This document shows, piece by piece, positions 25,746 through 39,869 of a stretch of DNA of 64,000 nucleotides. Both the position numbers and the translations under genes were made by a program. How positions within the stretch are numbered: position 1 is the stretch's first letter; each line of letters starts with the position of its first letter. Source of the stretch: Eledone cirrhosa (Eukaryota); assembly GCA_964016885.1 (NCBI GenBank), contig OZ024740.1:225060001-225124000 (forward strand), written 5' to 3'. A model generated the notes under the pieces. It had not been told where the DNA came from and did no database searches. It saw only the letters and a program-made list of their open reading frames with translations.

Positions 25746-26479
25746 TTGTTAATTGCCACTTGGACATGGGCTAAAAGACAATGAAGAACTCTATTAGGCA
25801 ATACTATACTAAATAAATATGGCCCATACATACATGCATATATTTGTATATGTGTCTGAACATGTGTGTATATATGAATATATATAAACACACACTTACA
25901 TATAAACACATACACGTATACATATATGTGTGTATATATATATATATGTATATGCATATACACTTACATATGCACACATACATGTACATACATATATATA
26001 CACTCCTCATATAGATACACATGCATATATAAATATGAAAACAGAGTAGATTAAAAAATTGATAATACAAATAATAACTAAAGTGAGTGAGTAAAAGAGG
26101 TTTGTTTTAAAACATTAAGATGTAAATGGAAGAAGGAAAGTGTAAGGAGGAAGTGTGGGAGGAGAGGTATTGGGTGGGTAGGAGGAGAAAGAATAGAAAT
26201 GTGTGGAGACAAGGAGAGTGTTGGTTGTGGAGAGAAATAGGTGAAATGACAGAATAAAGAACACTTCAGTCATGGGATTATTTATAATATATACAGTGTT
26301 GGGGAAAATATGACAAAATAGAGGCATTAACAAGAATGATGAGACAAGTGGAAGCTTGCTGTAAACGAAACAAAAACAAACAAAATAGAAATAATATGAT
26401 TTGCATCCACACTATTATAGGATCGATCCCTCTGCATAGTACCATCTTCTTGAGCAAATGTCTTTTACCATAGCCTCTG

Positions 26480-27015
26480 TTTCACAAAGTTAGTAAGGCA
26501 CTAGATATAATGGATTCTGAATGTGGAGAATCCATAGAAAAGAGGGAGTTTTCTCCAAGGAGCCCTAACAGAGGGCCATCTATCAAAGTTGGCAGTATTT
26601 TATTAGCGAGCACCATTATGGTCATGAAGACAGGAAAAGTATCTGTTCTATTAGGGATAAAAATAAAACAATTAAATTATAGAACAGGATAATGGTAAAA
26701 GTTAGCCAGCAGATACAGGTTCACCAGCACTCAATACTCATTTCTCAGCCCCATCCTATTTATTATTGTCCTCCATGTCATAACGCAGGAGTTTAAAACT
26801 GGCAGTCTGTTGGAACTCCTGCATGCTGATTACTTCCAGACATGTAAACAAAATCTGGAATTGAATGGTCTCAAAATTAAATCAGAAACACTGAAGTTTT
26901 AGTAAGTATGGAAGTGGCCATCACGGAAATGGCTCTATTTAAAATACAGAAATAAGTAGTAGGTAGAGATTCTTTAAAGTGTAGCAAGTGTTTGCCATGA
27001 GTACATAAGAGGTGT
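26480..27015 (+). mobile_element. Old decayed RTE fragments
   Basis: Degenerate matches to MKTGK, LSP.LFII.L, EFKTG..ELL.AD and VHKRC regions. Confidence 0.65.
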
Positions 27016-27085
27016 GAAGAGATTACTGCAGGCTGATAGAGGAAGCAAATTTCAATTTTGGCAGGCACACAATAGAATACTTGTG

Positions 27086-30000
27086 CTGGAATTCTGCGAC
27101 GCAAATAACTTAACTATCTGTAACACTAACTTCAAAAAACGAGACAATCACTTGATCACCTATAGATCGGGGGAACACACAAGCCAGGTAGATTATATCC
27201 TTACCAGAAGACGTGACAGAGTGTCTGTTGTTAACACTAAATCCCACCCCCATGAAGAATTCACCTCCCAACATAGACTGATAATTAGCGACCTCATAGT
27301 CAGGACGAGACGTACTAGACAGCGGAAGAGGACTATCCTCAGGAGAAAAATATGGACCCCATAGCCAGAAATAAATTTCAAAGCATATTACTTGACGCTT
27401 TCGACAGTAAGGAAGAGCAATTAGAGTCGTATAATATAGAGGAACAGTGGGAATTCCTGAGAGCAAACCTGCTGACGGCGGCAGACGAAGTCTGTGGCTG
27501 GAGCAGGCCTGTAGGTAGGAGGAGAGTAACATGGTGCTGGAACAGTAAGGTGGAGGAGTCAATTAAGGCCAAAAAGCAGGCTTGGAAAGTATGGCGGGAT
27601 GGGGGAAGTAGAGAAGACTATCAAGTGGCCAGGAGGGAAGCTAGGAGACAAGTGTACTTCGCAAGAAGGGAAGCAGAGGAAAGAAAGTTCAAGCATGTTC
27701 TACAACGTGAGGACCAAAAACGTGAGGTGTTCAGGATTGCCAGGCAATGTGTCAAGGAAAACCGTGATATTGTCGGGGAGAAGTGTGTACTTAACGATGA
27801 TGGCATACTTGCCATCACCGACGCTGATAAGAAGGTAGCTTGGAAGTGTCACTACGAAAGGCTTCTAAATGAGGAGAACAAATGGGAGAAAGACAGTCTC
27901 CCCCAGATCGATCCAATAGAGGGACCAGCAGTGTTAGTTGAAGGTAGTATAATAAGTAAGGCAATCAAAGATATGAAGACGGGTAAGGCGGCTGGGCCTT
28001 CGGAAATAGTTGCTGAGATGCTGAAGGCATCTGGTTCGGTGGGACACACCATGGTCACCCGGATAGTTAACCAAGTCGTACAGAATGGGGTTGTTCCGAA
28101 GGAATGGCGTAGCAGCATCATCGTTAACTGCTATAAGGGAAAAGGAGATGCCCTAGATAGGAGTAACTATAGAGGCATTAAATTAATCGACCAGGTCATG
28201 AAGGTCACGGAAAAAGTAATAGCGCAACTAATCAGAGAGAGAATTGATCTAGATGAAATGCAGTTCGGGTTTGTGTCAGGCAAAAGTACCACAGACGCTC
28301 TTTTCATTGTACGACAACTACAGGAGAAGTACCTAGCTAAAAGTAAACCCCTATACTTAGCTTTCGTCGACTTGGAGAAAGCCTTCGACAGAGTCCCCCG
28401 TTCCATTATCTGGTGGTCTCTTAGAAAACTAGGTGTTGACGAATGGCTTGTGAGAGCTATACAAGCCATGTATAAAGAAACAGTCAGTAAGGTTAGAATT
28501 AACAACGAATATAGTGAAGAGTTTAGCGTAAAAGTTGGTGTCCATCAGGGCTCTGTTCTTAGCCCCCTACTATTTATTATTGCCCTTCAGGCTATAACAG
28601 AGGAGTTCAAGACCGGCTGCCCATGGGAACTCCTATACACAGATGATCTGACGCTCATAGCTGAATCAATGACCGAACTAGAGAAGAAATTCCAAACGTG
28701 GAAGCACGGCCTAGAATCAAAAGGCCTTAAAATTAACCTAGCTAAGACTAAAGTTCTAGTTTGTAGGAAAGAAAATAAGGCGGCGGTCCCATCGGGGAAA
28801 TGGCCATGCTCAGTGTGTAGGAAAGGCGTAGGTAGAAACTCCATTTTATGTCCCAAATGCAAAGTATGGGTGCATAAAAGATGTAGTGGGATCACAGGTA
28901 AGCTAACTAAGAACATAGATTTTACATGTGGCCGGTGCTCTGGTGCAATAAGTAGCAGCAAGTGCCCAAAAATACTAGCTCCTTCAACTGCACAGAGGGT
29001 TCTATAGAAATAGTGGACAGCTTCCGTTATCTGGGTGACAAAATCAGCAGTGGGGGAGGGTGCTCTGAAAGTACAGTAGCTAGAGTCAGAACTGGATGGA
29101 AAAAGTTCAGAGAGCTTATACCACTATTAGCCGCTAGAGGGTTCTCCCTAAAAATGAAAGGCAGGTTATACGATGCCTGCATACGAACAGCAATGCTGCA
29201 TGGCAGTGAGACCTGGGCATTGTGTGCAGAGGATATACGCAGACTAGAGAGGAACGAAGCTTGCATGCTCCGCTGGATGTGCAATAGTAATATACGTGAA
29301 CGGCAAAGCATAAACGAACTAAGGAAAAAATTAGAAATAAGAGGGATCAGATGTTGTTTACTCGAGAGAAGGCTACGTTGGTACGGTCACGTGATGCGCA
29401 TGAAAGACGACAGCTGTATAACAAAGTGCAGGGCAATAAAGATAGACGGTAGCCACGGAGTAGGCAGACCCAGAAAAACATGGGACGAGCTGATAAATTC
29501 CGACCTCACACGCTTACACCTCTCCAAGACAATGTCACTGGACCGAGACCTTGGGCGGTACTCAGTAATAGAGAAGACCCGCCTTACCTAAATACAAAGT
29601 AAAAACCTACTACAGTCAGTAGGCATCTCTATCAAAACACACCCCCATCCCACCACCTCCACCCCACCCACACCGGCCCTTTCAATGTAAAGTTATGTTG
29701 GTCCCACAACATCCAGGCCGAAACAAATGAGATCGTGTAGGTGTCACGACAAAAAACACACAGTCCACGCTGTAAATGTGGCCGTGTAGGCAACACGGTA
29801 AAAACCTCCCAGCCCCACACTGTAAATGTGGTTGGTGTTAGGAAGGGCATCCAGCTGTAGAAAACCCGCCAGACAGTCCACGCTGTAATGTGGCCGTGTA
29901 GGCAACACGGTAAAAACCTCCCAGCCCCACACTGTAAATGTGGTTGGTGTTAGGAAGGGCATCCAACTGTAGAAAACCCGCCAGACAGTCCTATGCGAGC

Positions 30001-30089
30001 AAGACAACCACTCTTGCCTCAAGTGGGAAAACCCCCGTCCAAACCCATGCAAGCGTGGAACACGGACGCTAAACCTGATGATGATGATG
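27086..30089 (+). mobile_element. RTE LINE (copy C), truncated in APE; frameshifts near 27352 and 28970; 3' UTR duplication
   Basis: SQVDYIL, SQHRL, 551-aa ORF with NYRGIKL, FVDLEKAFDRV, YTDD; 209-aa C-terminal ORF; (GAT)n tail. Confidence 0.96.
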
Positions 30090-30094
30090 TGATA

Positions 30095-30690
30095 CATTTC
30101 CTCAAAGTAGTTAATAGCTTCTGCTACCTAAGTGTTAAAATTAACAATGGAGGTGGACGTCCCAAACAAATTCTAAACAACATGGGAAATGAGTGCAATA
30201 AGTTGAGTGAGACATTACCTCTGCTGGCAATGAATGATTAATCTCTCAGAGTGAAGGGAAATTCTATTTGATACTTGTGTACAAACTGCAATGTTTTGTG
30301 GGAGCAAGAAGTAGGCCTTGAATGCAGAGGATTTGAAAAAAATGGAAAGAAGTGATACAAGCATGCTATGCTTGATATGTAATATTATAATGCATTAGAG
30401 CACAACTGATATAAGAGGAAAACTGGATAAAAGAGAAAGCATTTCAAGCTGCAATGGATAAAAATTTACTGGTGTGAATATATGATGCATTTGGTGTATG
30501 TCAGTTGTATAAAGAAGAGCTTGAAAATCATAGTGGATGAAACTTTTAGAAATAGGAATCCTAAGGGTTACATGGGACAAAGTGTTGAACCTCATAAAGG
30601 AGATGACAAAGAACCATGATGACTGGTGATGCACTGTGCTGCAAAAGGCCCACCCATCAGTGCAAGCATTAAAATAAAGATGGTGATGCT
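30095..30690 (+). mobile_element. Old decayed RTE 3' fragment
   Basis: VVNSFCYLSVKINNGGG...LPLLA resembles IVDSFRYLGDKISSGGG...IPLLA. Confidence 0.7.
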
Positions 30691-33600
30691 GGAAGCTGAG
30701 AAATATGATATATCACTGAGCTTCTCATGCATTATACTATTGTTGAGTACCAATCTACTTCACTATTCACTACTTTACTATTCACTACTTCACTATTCAC
30801 TACTTCTCCTCTCTATTATTTGCTACGCTTGGCATCAGAAATACCATGAAGCAGTGAATGGCCGATTCTAAATCCATAACCAACAATTCTATTGTTACTA
30901 AGTTACAGTAAAAAATGTAAAAAAAAAAGTCAATATCAGCGGGAAAAATTAGACCATGGAAAGAATTCCAAAGGTTTAACACTTTCAAGGGGAAGTATTG
31001 GGAAACAGTGGAAGCTAAATGGCAAAATATGTAAAAATGAGTTTGAGACTCAATAAATAAGGAAGGAAGAAGTAGAGACTTAATGCAAAATAGTTCTGAA
31101 ACAAAGAGAATGTGAGTATATGAGGAATTGGATGCATAACACAATGAAATATGTTGGTTTATTGTGGTTGGTGTTGTTGTTGTTTAGCTAAAGATCAGCC
31201 CTAGACCAGCTGATCCAGGATTAAAAAAGTTTTCCCCTCACAATGATCCAGTTACCCATTGTACGCTTTTCTTTGCGGGATGCTGGAGATATGATTGCAG
31301 TTTCTAGCAAGTCTAGTATATGGGTGCCTCTTTTTAGCTTGTTGTTATCATCATCATCATCATTTTATGTTTGCGATAGTGTTGGTAATGTGTGTGATGA
31401 TAACTATGAAGATATTGTAATGGTGGTAGAGATGCTAATGATAATATTTTTATTCAACCCCAGGCCAAAGTCAACAGCTGTGAATTTCCCAACGTTTTTC
31501 AAGCATTCTGTATCTCTAACTATACTATCCATTGGTTTTTCTTATATTTGACCACTCAATGTATTATTTCTAGCTGCTCAATTTTAGATGCTGCTGTTGT
31601 GGAAAAAAATAGAGCTAAAAATAGAATGTAGTGGTGGAAGATAAAGATATAACAGAATAATGTATGAATGAATGACATATTTTATAGCCATAGGTGAGTT
31701 CTGATTAAGAAGATCTACAATGAAAGACATTCTAGCCATTCCATCTTTTGGGTAGAGTACCTAGGACTGTTCCTTATTCTAAAGATGAGTAGGATATAGG
31801 ATATTATCTGAGGGATATTTAGCTGCTATTTCTAACAGGTCAAGCAACCAACCATGTATAGGTCTTAGATTATTTTGTGAATATAGTTAGTCAGTAAAGT
31901 CACAAAATTACCAGAGCATAGGCTAAAATGTTTCAGTGTATTTGTTCTTGCTTTTTGAGCTCTGAATTTAAATCCTGGGTGAGTTAACTTTGCCTTATTT
32001 CAGGGGTGTTACAATAGTAACAGTCTAGGATAGTTGATTGATGGAATTCTTAGGGCATTGGACAAGATTTCGAATAGTATTTGTTGTAATGTTTTCCATT
32101 CTGTGTTCAAATCCTGCTATGGTTACTTGAGTGGTATCTGTTGCCTGGTATAACATAACCTAGTGTTTTTTGCAGACTTCAATCTTTTGCAAGCATTTTG
32201 ACCAGATATCTGGTTTGAGGATATTGTCCTCTCTCTTAAAAGTTTTGGAGACCCTGAAAAAGGTTATTGGTATGAGCTTTTTCTCTCTGACTAAACAGTA
32301 AAAAGAGAAAAACAGGGGGAAGTGGGAAATGAATTGGAATTCTATGATGAGGACAAAGAATATTGTATGAGGAAGAGATTATGGAGGGGTTTAAAAAGGA
32401 ACTCATGGCAGCTGTATAAGGGAAAAAAAGGACAGGAAGTAGAATGAATTATAGGGAGAGAATGATATGGATATGGGGTGAGTAGGAAAAGTTAAATATA
32501 GTTGGATGGGGGGAAATATGGGTGGATAACATTTTAAGAATAGCCATTTATGGTGCTGAAAATAAAAAAATAAATAGGTGGATGAGGAAAGAGGGAATAA
32601 ATCAGGGAATAAATAGGAAATGAAGTAGACTGAAGATGGCAATGGTTGTGGGGTAGTGTTTGTGGTGGTGGTAGTGGTGTTCTTGCTGGTGGAGATGGTT
32701 GTGATAGTGCTGGTCATGGTGGTGGTGGTGGTGGTGATGGTTTTGATAGTGGTGGTCATGGTGGGAGGGCATAGTTGTGTTGGGGGGGGGGGGGGGGTAC
32801 TGGTGGTGATGGTTTTGATAGGGGTGGTAGTGGTTTGTGGTTATGGCTTTGAAGGTGAAGAGGAATGGAAAGGATTCATGTTGTTGTTGTTGTTTTCTTC
32901 TTTTTGTAGTTTAACCCAAGGTCAGCTATGGTTTAATAGACCTATGATCAAATGGATTCCAGATTTTACCATCATATCTCTTTTTTTATTGTATTTAGGA
33001 CTACCTTATTAAATGTATATTTCTTATATTTCTTTATAAACAGTAGAATTTGGTGTGAAGAAAATTAGATAGATATTTCTAGCTTGTTTACAGCTGTTTA
33101 GAACAACAGCTTCCAAATATACCTTGTCATAGAACCCTTACACAATTTTCCAAAGATCATGGAGCTCAACTAGTTGTCAGACAGACCCCTTCAGAGAAAT
33201 ATTCATAAAGAATTAAATATAATATATATAATTTACATATACATTAACATATAACAAAGAGAGAATTTACTGGTCTCATCATTGTCAGCTTCCTCGTTTT
33301 CAATTTTCTTTTTCTTTCTATTCAAATTTCTCATCCATGGCAGTACCACTGGTGGCTGGTAAGCCATTATTTGCAAAGAAAAATCATCCATAAAAGGTTG
33401 GGAGGACCTTCAGTTGTGTCAAATTCATAACCACCCCTCTTGTGCTGGTGCCATAATGATAAAATGCACTTGGTAGAATGTGGGACCATATGGTAGCAAG
33501 ATGCCAACCTCCAGCTTGCCTGTGAGGTCAGTAGTTCCACTTCAGTACTGAATCAATCTGTGAAAACTTTTCGTCCCTTGCTAGCAGGGAAAGCAGACAT

Positions 33601-35470
33601 TAAGCAATGAGAATGATGGTGATGATGACTGTACTTGTATCAAAAAAATATATATAATAATTATTTTTATTAAATTTTATCAAAATACTGCAATTTTATC
33701 AATTCTCATGCAATCTCAGATTGTTTAACTAGATTTGGGGATTCTTCATAAACCACTTAAGGGACCACTGCCTATGTGTTGCAAAAGCTGTGTTGATATC
33801 ATGGCTGGGATTGTTGATATGTTAGAAATACTGATGTTGTTATTGTGTAGTCTAACTAAATGCTTATGTATAATTCTCAGGCTTCATCATTCCAAATAGG
33901 CAGTAAATTGGCAGTCATTAGAGCATGTGGTATTTAGCTGGTATTTCTAGCAAATAAAGTGAATGCATAGTTAGTTATTTGTTGTTGCTGGTGATATTAC
34001 TGTTTAACCCCAGGTTAGCTCTGATCAGTCAGACTTATGATCAAATATATTCTGTTCATGAAGATCTCTGTCCAATATGTACTTTTCTTAAGATGATGGG
34101 ATGTAATATTCATATGGAATTGGCTGCTATTTCTCGCAGGCTGAGCAACCACGTAGAGGCTCCTTTGCTGATTCATGAATTATTGTTGTTGGTGTTGTGG
34201 TTTTGTTGTTACACAAGTTGGTGGTGGTGATGGTGAATATATGCATTTATAGGGTGGAAAGTAAATATTTTACATTCTGAGATCAAGTCCTTGTAAGCAT
34301 TGACTTTACCTTGCATCCCTGAGTGAAGAAGGTCAATAAAATTAGTAGCAGTTCAATACAATGCTGGGGTCATTTCATTTGATTACATATTCATCCCAAC
34401 AAAACTTGACCTTGTTCCAAGTCAAAAGAAATCCGTATTTATGAATGTGATAATGATTTAGTGAGAGGGGTTGTGTTATGAATAGCTGTGATTTCAAAAC
34501 CATTGTGAAATATTGTTTAGGTAGTCAGTTTATAAATTCATTTCAGCATTCCATCAGCCAGCTGCTTCCCTTTGGGTACATAATTTACAGCATGCCAGAG
34601 GCTGAGCATGGTAGAATTAACAGCCTTGCTCATTGACACATCATAGTTCCTCATAATGGAATATGAATTCCTATCCACACAACCCTTTTGGACTTTACAA
34701 TGTTATTGCAATAAAAACAATTCAAAATCGCCTAAAGCTTGTGGAATTTGGCTGCAAGCTAAAATATTGGATCAAACATAACCAGACAGTAGTGACAGTA
34801 GCAGCAGCAGTAATAGTGGTAATTATAGTTGTTGTCGTTTGTTAAATAGTCTAAATTGACTCAAGTTAAGCAGTCTTGTAGCATAGAACATCTTAGTTCC
34901 TAATTATTGATGGAGACAGTTGTGTTAGATGGTGGAGGAGGGAAGCAAATCCATTAACCCACCATGACTAGCATGGTTTACATTTTGACATACTATATTC
35001 CTAATATCGATTAAATGAAACAGTTGACACCTTTCCTCATTAGCAATGTCTTCATAAACAGAATGAGTGAAGGATAAAAAAAAAAAAACGAGTAGAAAGA
35101 AAGAAACAGAAATAAAGACAACCCTGTCTTTATCTTGAAAACGTGCCTAGCTGAGAATTGGTTATCTCAGCAAATATTATTGACAAATGCTACTACAACT
35201 AGCATTTTAATGACACTTTCCCTACCGAAGGAAGGGTTAGTTTTGTGGGCTCCTTAACAGGCTTGAACTTGCTCATAGTAAGGCTCTTTTTGAGGCAATA
35301 TTTTACAGTCAAATATTCTTTATGACAGCAGTCCGTTTAGTTGCTTCTTGGATATAGTGTACCTATTTTAAACAGTCTATACACAGTAAACTTCAAAAAC
35401 TACATAAAGGATTTAATGAATTGACAGAGTCATTAAGGTGTTAAACTCAATGCTCTGTGGTATATGTTCC

Positions 35471-35671
35471 ATGAAGATTGACTGAAAAGTTCATAGGCTG
35501 ACAAAGATACTCTCATGGAATGACCAAATGAGGTTTATTTTTCAACATCGTCCCTGGAAAGAAACAAGGCAGTTATTAATAAGAAAAGTTGAAATTGATA
35601 CGTGCAAGATTTCACAGCTCTAGCATCACTCACTCATATCCAGCCCATGAACTTTTCAGCTGAACCTCTTA
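35471..35671. mobile_element. Mariner-type MITE
   Basis: TIRs CTGAAAAGTTCATAGGCTG (35482-35500) and CAGCCCATGAACTTTTCAG (35641-35659). Confidence 0.75.
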
Positions 35672-36539
35672 GCTTTCTGTGCTCTTAGTTAAAGTTCTTC
35701 CACAGTCAGCATTGTCTTTCCTCCTAGGGGGTCAATATATAAAGTAGCAGTCCAGAGTGGTGAATTGGTGGAATTGCTAAAGTGTCAGATGTGATGCCTC
35801 ATAATTCTCTCTTTTGACCCTTGACCTTGAACTGAAACATTACTAATACCAAACTGTATCAGATCTTGCCATTCTACTTGACCACACTGGTCACATGATG
35901 ATGGGGAAATTTGCATGCACGAATGATTAATGGTCTTCCACAAAATAATAACATGCCTAGGCAAGGTATACTTCCATGTTCTCGCATAACATATGTCAAT
36001 TTTACTCCAGATGGATAAAATATCACCAATTTGAGTAAAGAAAACAGTGGATTAAACTGTCCCTGTTCTTGGTTAGTACCTTTTTTACCAACCCTAAAAA
36101 AATGAATAACAAATCTGATCTTCACTCAGAAATCAAACATCTGGAGCAAATAACAAAAAGCATTTTGTTTGACATCAGAATTCTGCCATTCCAAGAACAC
36201 TTAGTTAATGTGAATAATGGTTTCTCATTTAGGTTATGCTTCTGCATGCTGCTGGTACCATGTAACCCAGTCCAACCCTAGTCAGGAAAGGAGGGTAAGT
36301 GGAACCTCAGCAGCACAAAACAGGAGCTGTAAAAGGGCAAACAAACTCCTCAGATTCAACGACCATCCATTCCAAATATAGGTTAAAAACCCTCACCAAC
36401 CTACAATTGGCCAAGTGTGGTAAGTGTGGCTACACCCCTGAATACATGACCAAAACCAAAAGCAGTTGTAATTAACCAAAGAGGAATTCCTCCAACAGGA
36501 ATGAGAAGGTGCTGGATTAGAATTTAGAAACAAAGTCAG

Positions 36540-36872
36540 CAATTTGATTAAATTGACTTCAAATGCTTGAATGGTACATTATTTTATCAACCCCGGGACA
36601 GTAAAATGCAAAGTTGGCCTTGACTGGGTTTGAATTCAGAATGTTAAAAACAGGTGGAATTGCTCCAAAGCTCTACTGATTCTGCCAATCCACCAAGTTT
36701 GTATCATTAGAAGGTCAGACACCATGCTTTGCAGCATAGACTTATGCCCCTTTTCGGTCTGAGTTCAAATTCTGCCAAGGTTATGCCTTTCATCCTTACG
36801 GGGTCAATAAAATAAAGTACCAGTAATGCACTGGGATAATTGCTGGCCTTGTGCCAAAAATAGAAACAATTA

Positions 36873-36873
<1 letters not shown>
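36540..36873. mobile_element. Two head-to-head tRNA-SINE copies (older on minus 36540-36694, younger on plus 36700-36873)
   Basis: Similarity to 16912-17095 in both orientations. Confidence 0.75.
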
Positions 36874-36920
<47 letters not shown>

Positions 36921-37527
36921 CTACAAAGCAGAAATATAGTCAACCTATAGAGGTGTCATCTTATGGAGACAACAGACCATCTTCTAACTATCCCACTGAT
37001 ACATTGAGCAGTCATAAGAGCAGTGGCCAGTGCTGGAGTGGAAGGTCAAGTAGACAGTATGAAGAAATACCAGCAATGTCAGGAATCTATGGTGTCCCAC
37101 CTGATGTCTCAAGCAACAGTGAGAGACACCATTACCAAGACAGATATATGAAACCACCAGAGGTTGTTGCCAGTTAAGTCAGACTGAGAAGTTAACACAA
37201 CAGAAATATCACCTTCAACATTAACACAATATTTAAAAGTAAATAAATATATTAATTAGATTAAGATAATAATAATAAACGAAATTTGGATAGTAATGCT
37301 CAAGTCTATTTACAGGGAAATTGAATTAAAACATAAATCTCTATAATTGTTCATACATTATTGTAAATTTATAATATAAGTATATTAGTTAGTGGTTAAA
37401 ATACATGGAAATATAAGTGAGTTAGTTTATAATTAGGTCAAATACACACTAACTATTATTGTCAATATTTTAAATATATTTTATAGTACACACACATTAA
37501 CAACAACAGCCATATTTTGTTAATATA

Positions 37528-37817
37528 ACCTCCCACTAACACCACCCTATCTCTGTAAAGTTGGTACCACAACATCCAGTCCAAATAAACGAGAAAATGA
37601 GATTGTGTAGGTGTCACGACAAAAAACACACAGTCCACGCTGTAATGTGGCCGTAAAAAGTTCCCAGTCTGCACTGTAAATGTAGTTGGTGTTAGGAAGG
37701 GCATCCAGAAACCTGCCAGATAGTCCTATATGAGCGAGACACGGTCATCCGACCAGCCTTGCCTCAAATTGGTCCTCTAACCCATGAAAGCATGGAAGAT
37801 GGACGTTAAACGATGAT
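37528..37817 (+). mobile_element. RTE 3' UTR fragment
   Basis: Matches 3' UTR of copies A and D; GACGTTAAACGATGAT end. Confidence 0.88.
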
Positions 37818-37895
37818 ATATATATATATATATATATGAATGTATGTATAGTATATTTGACAATATACTGTATGTTTAATTAAAAACATATACTA

Positions 37896-37933
<38 letters not shown>

Positions 37934-38017
37934 AAAAGGTAAATAGAAATAACAACACAATCGTACAGTATATGGAAGGAATATATTAGGTTAATGCTTG
38001 AAATAGCAGGAAGAGGG

Positions 38018-38053
38018 TCTTAACTTTTCAGACACTAGTCCTTCATCAGAAGA
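38018..38053 (-). ncRNA. Minimal type I hammerhead in a PLE-type terminus near (TA)n(TG)n, probably decayed in stem III
   Basis: UCUU-CUGAUGA-AGGAC(UAGU)GUCU-GAAA-AG-UU-AAGA. Confidence 0.6.
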
Positions 38054-39869
38054 AAGAATGAGAAATTAGAAAGATTGAAGGGATGGGATTGGTAGAATTG
38101 GGAAAGATGTTTTTAGAGAAAAATAACAGGTCCATTTATAAGTGAGCCTTTTAATATTTAATATCATGCTGTTGACATAGCATCAAACATGTGTTTGGAT
38201 ACAAACCGTTAACATTTCAATTAGTACCCTGAAATCTAACCAGCCCATGATAGAACTTGAGATACCAATCATTGAAATATATAAGAAACTGCTCACAATA
38301 TGCAGGCTCATAGAAAACTAGTTAAACCTATGCAGGTGTCTGCTGTAACAACAACAACATCATCATTCTATTTGTGACATTTTCTAGCAATAGATCCGCA
38401 TAAGCTTGTTGCAATGATATATTCTATTATGTTGTTCAAACCTCTGTCCTTGTTCACTCTAATTGCTATGAAACAAATTAGGTATAACAAATGGTACACA
38501 AAGGCTGTTTATACTGATAAAAAGAAAATAACACCAACACATAGAAAACTGCAAAAGTAAAAGCAAATAACAATAAAGTACTTATATAAATATATAATTC
38601 AAAAATAATAATATTTTGTTTAAATGCTAAAAATAAGTGGAAGTTCAAGTCTAACAGCTCCTGTTAGCTAATATTTTCCAAGCGAATAAGAAAGATGCAG
38701 GAAAGATTGCCAAACTACATATAAAACATAATCAGTCATTTTGTATATCTGTAACAGAACCATAAAAGATAGCAAACAATGCAAGTTAGTAGTAACCATT
38801 GTACAGCTATTAGGATAACAAAACAAATATAAAACTAGAAACTAAAAAAAAACTTGTTCCTATTCTATTTACAATGATGGAAAATACTTGCTATATTTTT
38901 TTCTGTACAAAATGTAATATAATTTATCAGTGGTAAAAATATGCTTATCAATTCTCATCTGTAGACACAAAATATGAATAATGGATAGTTCTCAATACTT
39001 ATGAAATCAACCATCTTGTTTGAAATAATACATTTGAGACAAAACACTTCGAATATTATATTTTCTTGCACACTCTTATCAGATATTATTCTCTCAGTTT
39101 ATAGTTATAGTTTTTGCTGGACTAAAACAGAAATATAATCACACTACAAAAATATTCTGTCAATATCACTCCATGGAATGCTTCTCTGTTGAAATAACAC
39201 CATACTATCATTAACTGATGTGGGCTTTCACATTTTTCTCTTTTCACTGAAGTTTAGCAGATATTTTCTTTTCTCTTATTTTCTTTTATGTGGGAGAACA
39301 CCACTGATATTATAAACTTACTGTATATTTACAAATAATCTATGTTATGTTATACTTATTCTGATAATATAACACATCCTAGAATGATGCTAAAGTTATT
39401 CGATTCTCAGTTGATGTTTGGAATATGTTTATTTTCATAAGAAAGATTAGTGTTCGTGAATTTTTCAGGTCTTTACTGACTGTTGATTAATATTGTTGCT
39501 TGATGCTCAATCCAAGCATCTGTAGATTAATGTCATCATTATCATTTTACATCTATTTTATATGTTAGTATGGGTTGGATAGGCTGTCACACTTCTAGTA
39601 AATTCTTATTCAGAGTTACTGTCATTCTAAGTATGTTGGAGGACCATGTCTCGTGGGTACATTCCAATTTCGGAATTATTTCAACAGTTGTATACACTTC
39701 CTAGCATCCATCACTTTACTGAGTGTACTTGTTGGCCCTCTTCAGTCACAAATGATCATGTTTTTGCAGCTAGAATTTTCCCCTCTGATGTACAATCCTG
39801 GGCTAGGTGTGGCAGTGGCCCATGCATGCCAGTCGCTCATCTCCATGCCACTGATGTTGTAAAAAGGAA

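Noticed and set aside
36851-37177. Protein-like ORF ending YEEIP...KPPEVVAS as a host last exon
   Set aside because: Starts in a SINE and TA tract with no convincing acceptor; KYSQ.IEVS/LWRQ looks more like a decayed R4/Dong-type end
38330-39000. Hydrophobic TM-like peptides on the minus strand
   Set aside because: Frequent stops; expected from T-rich composition
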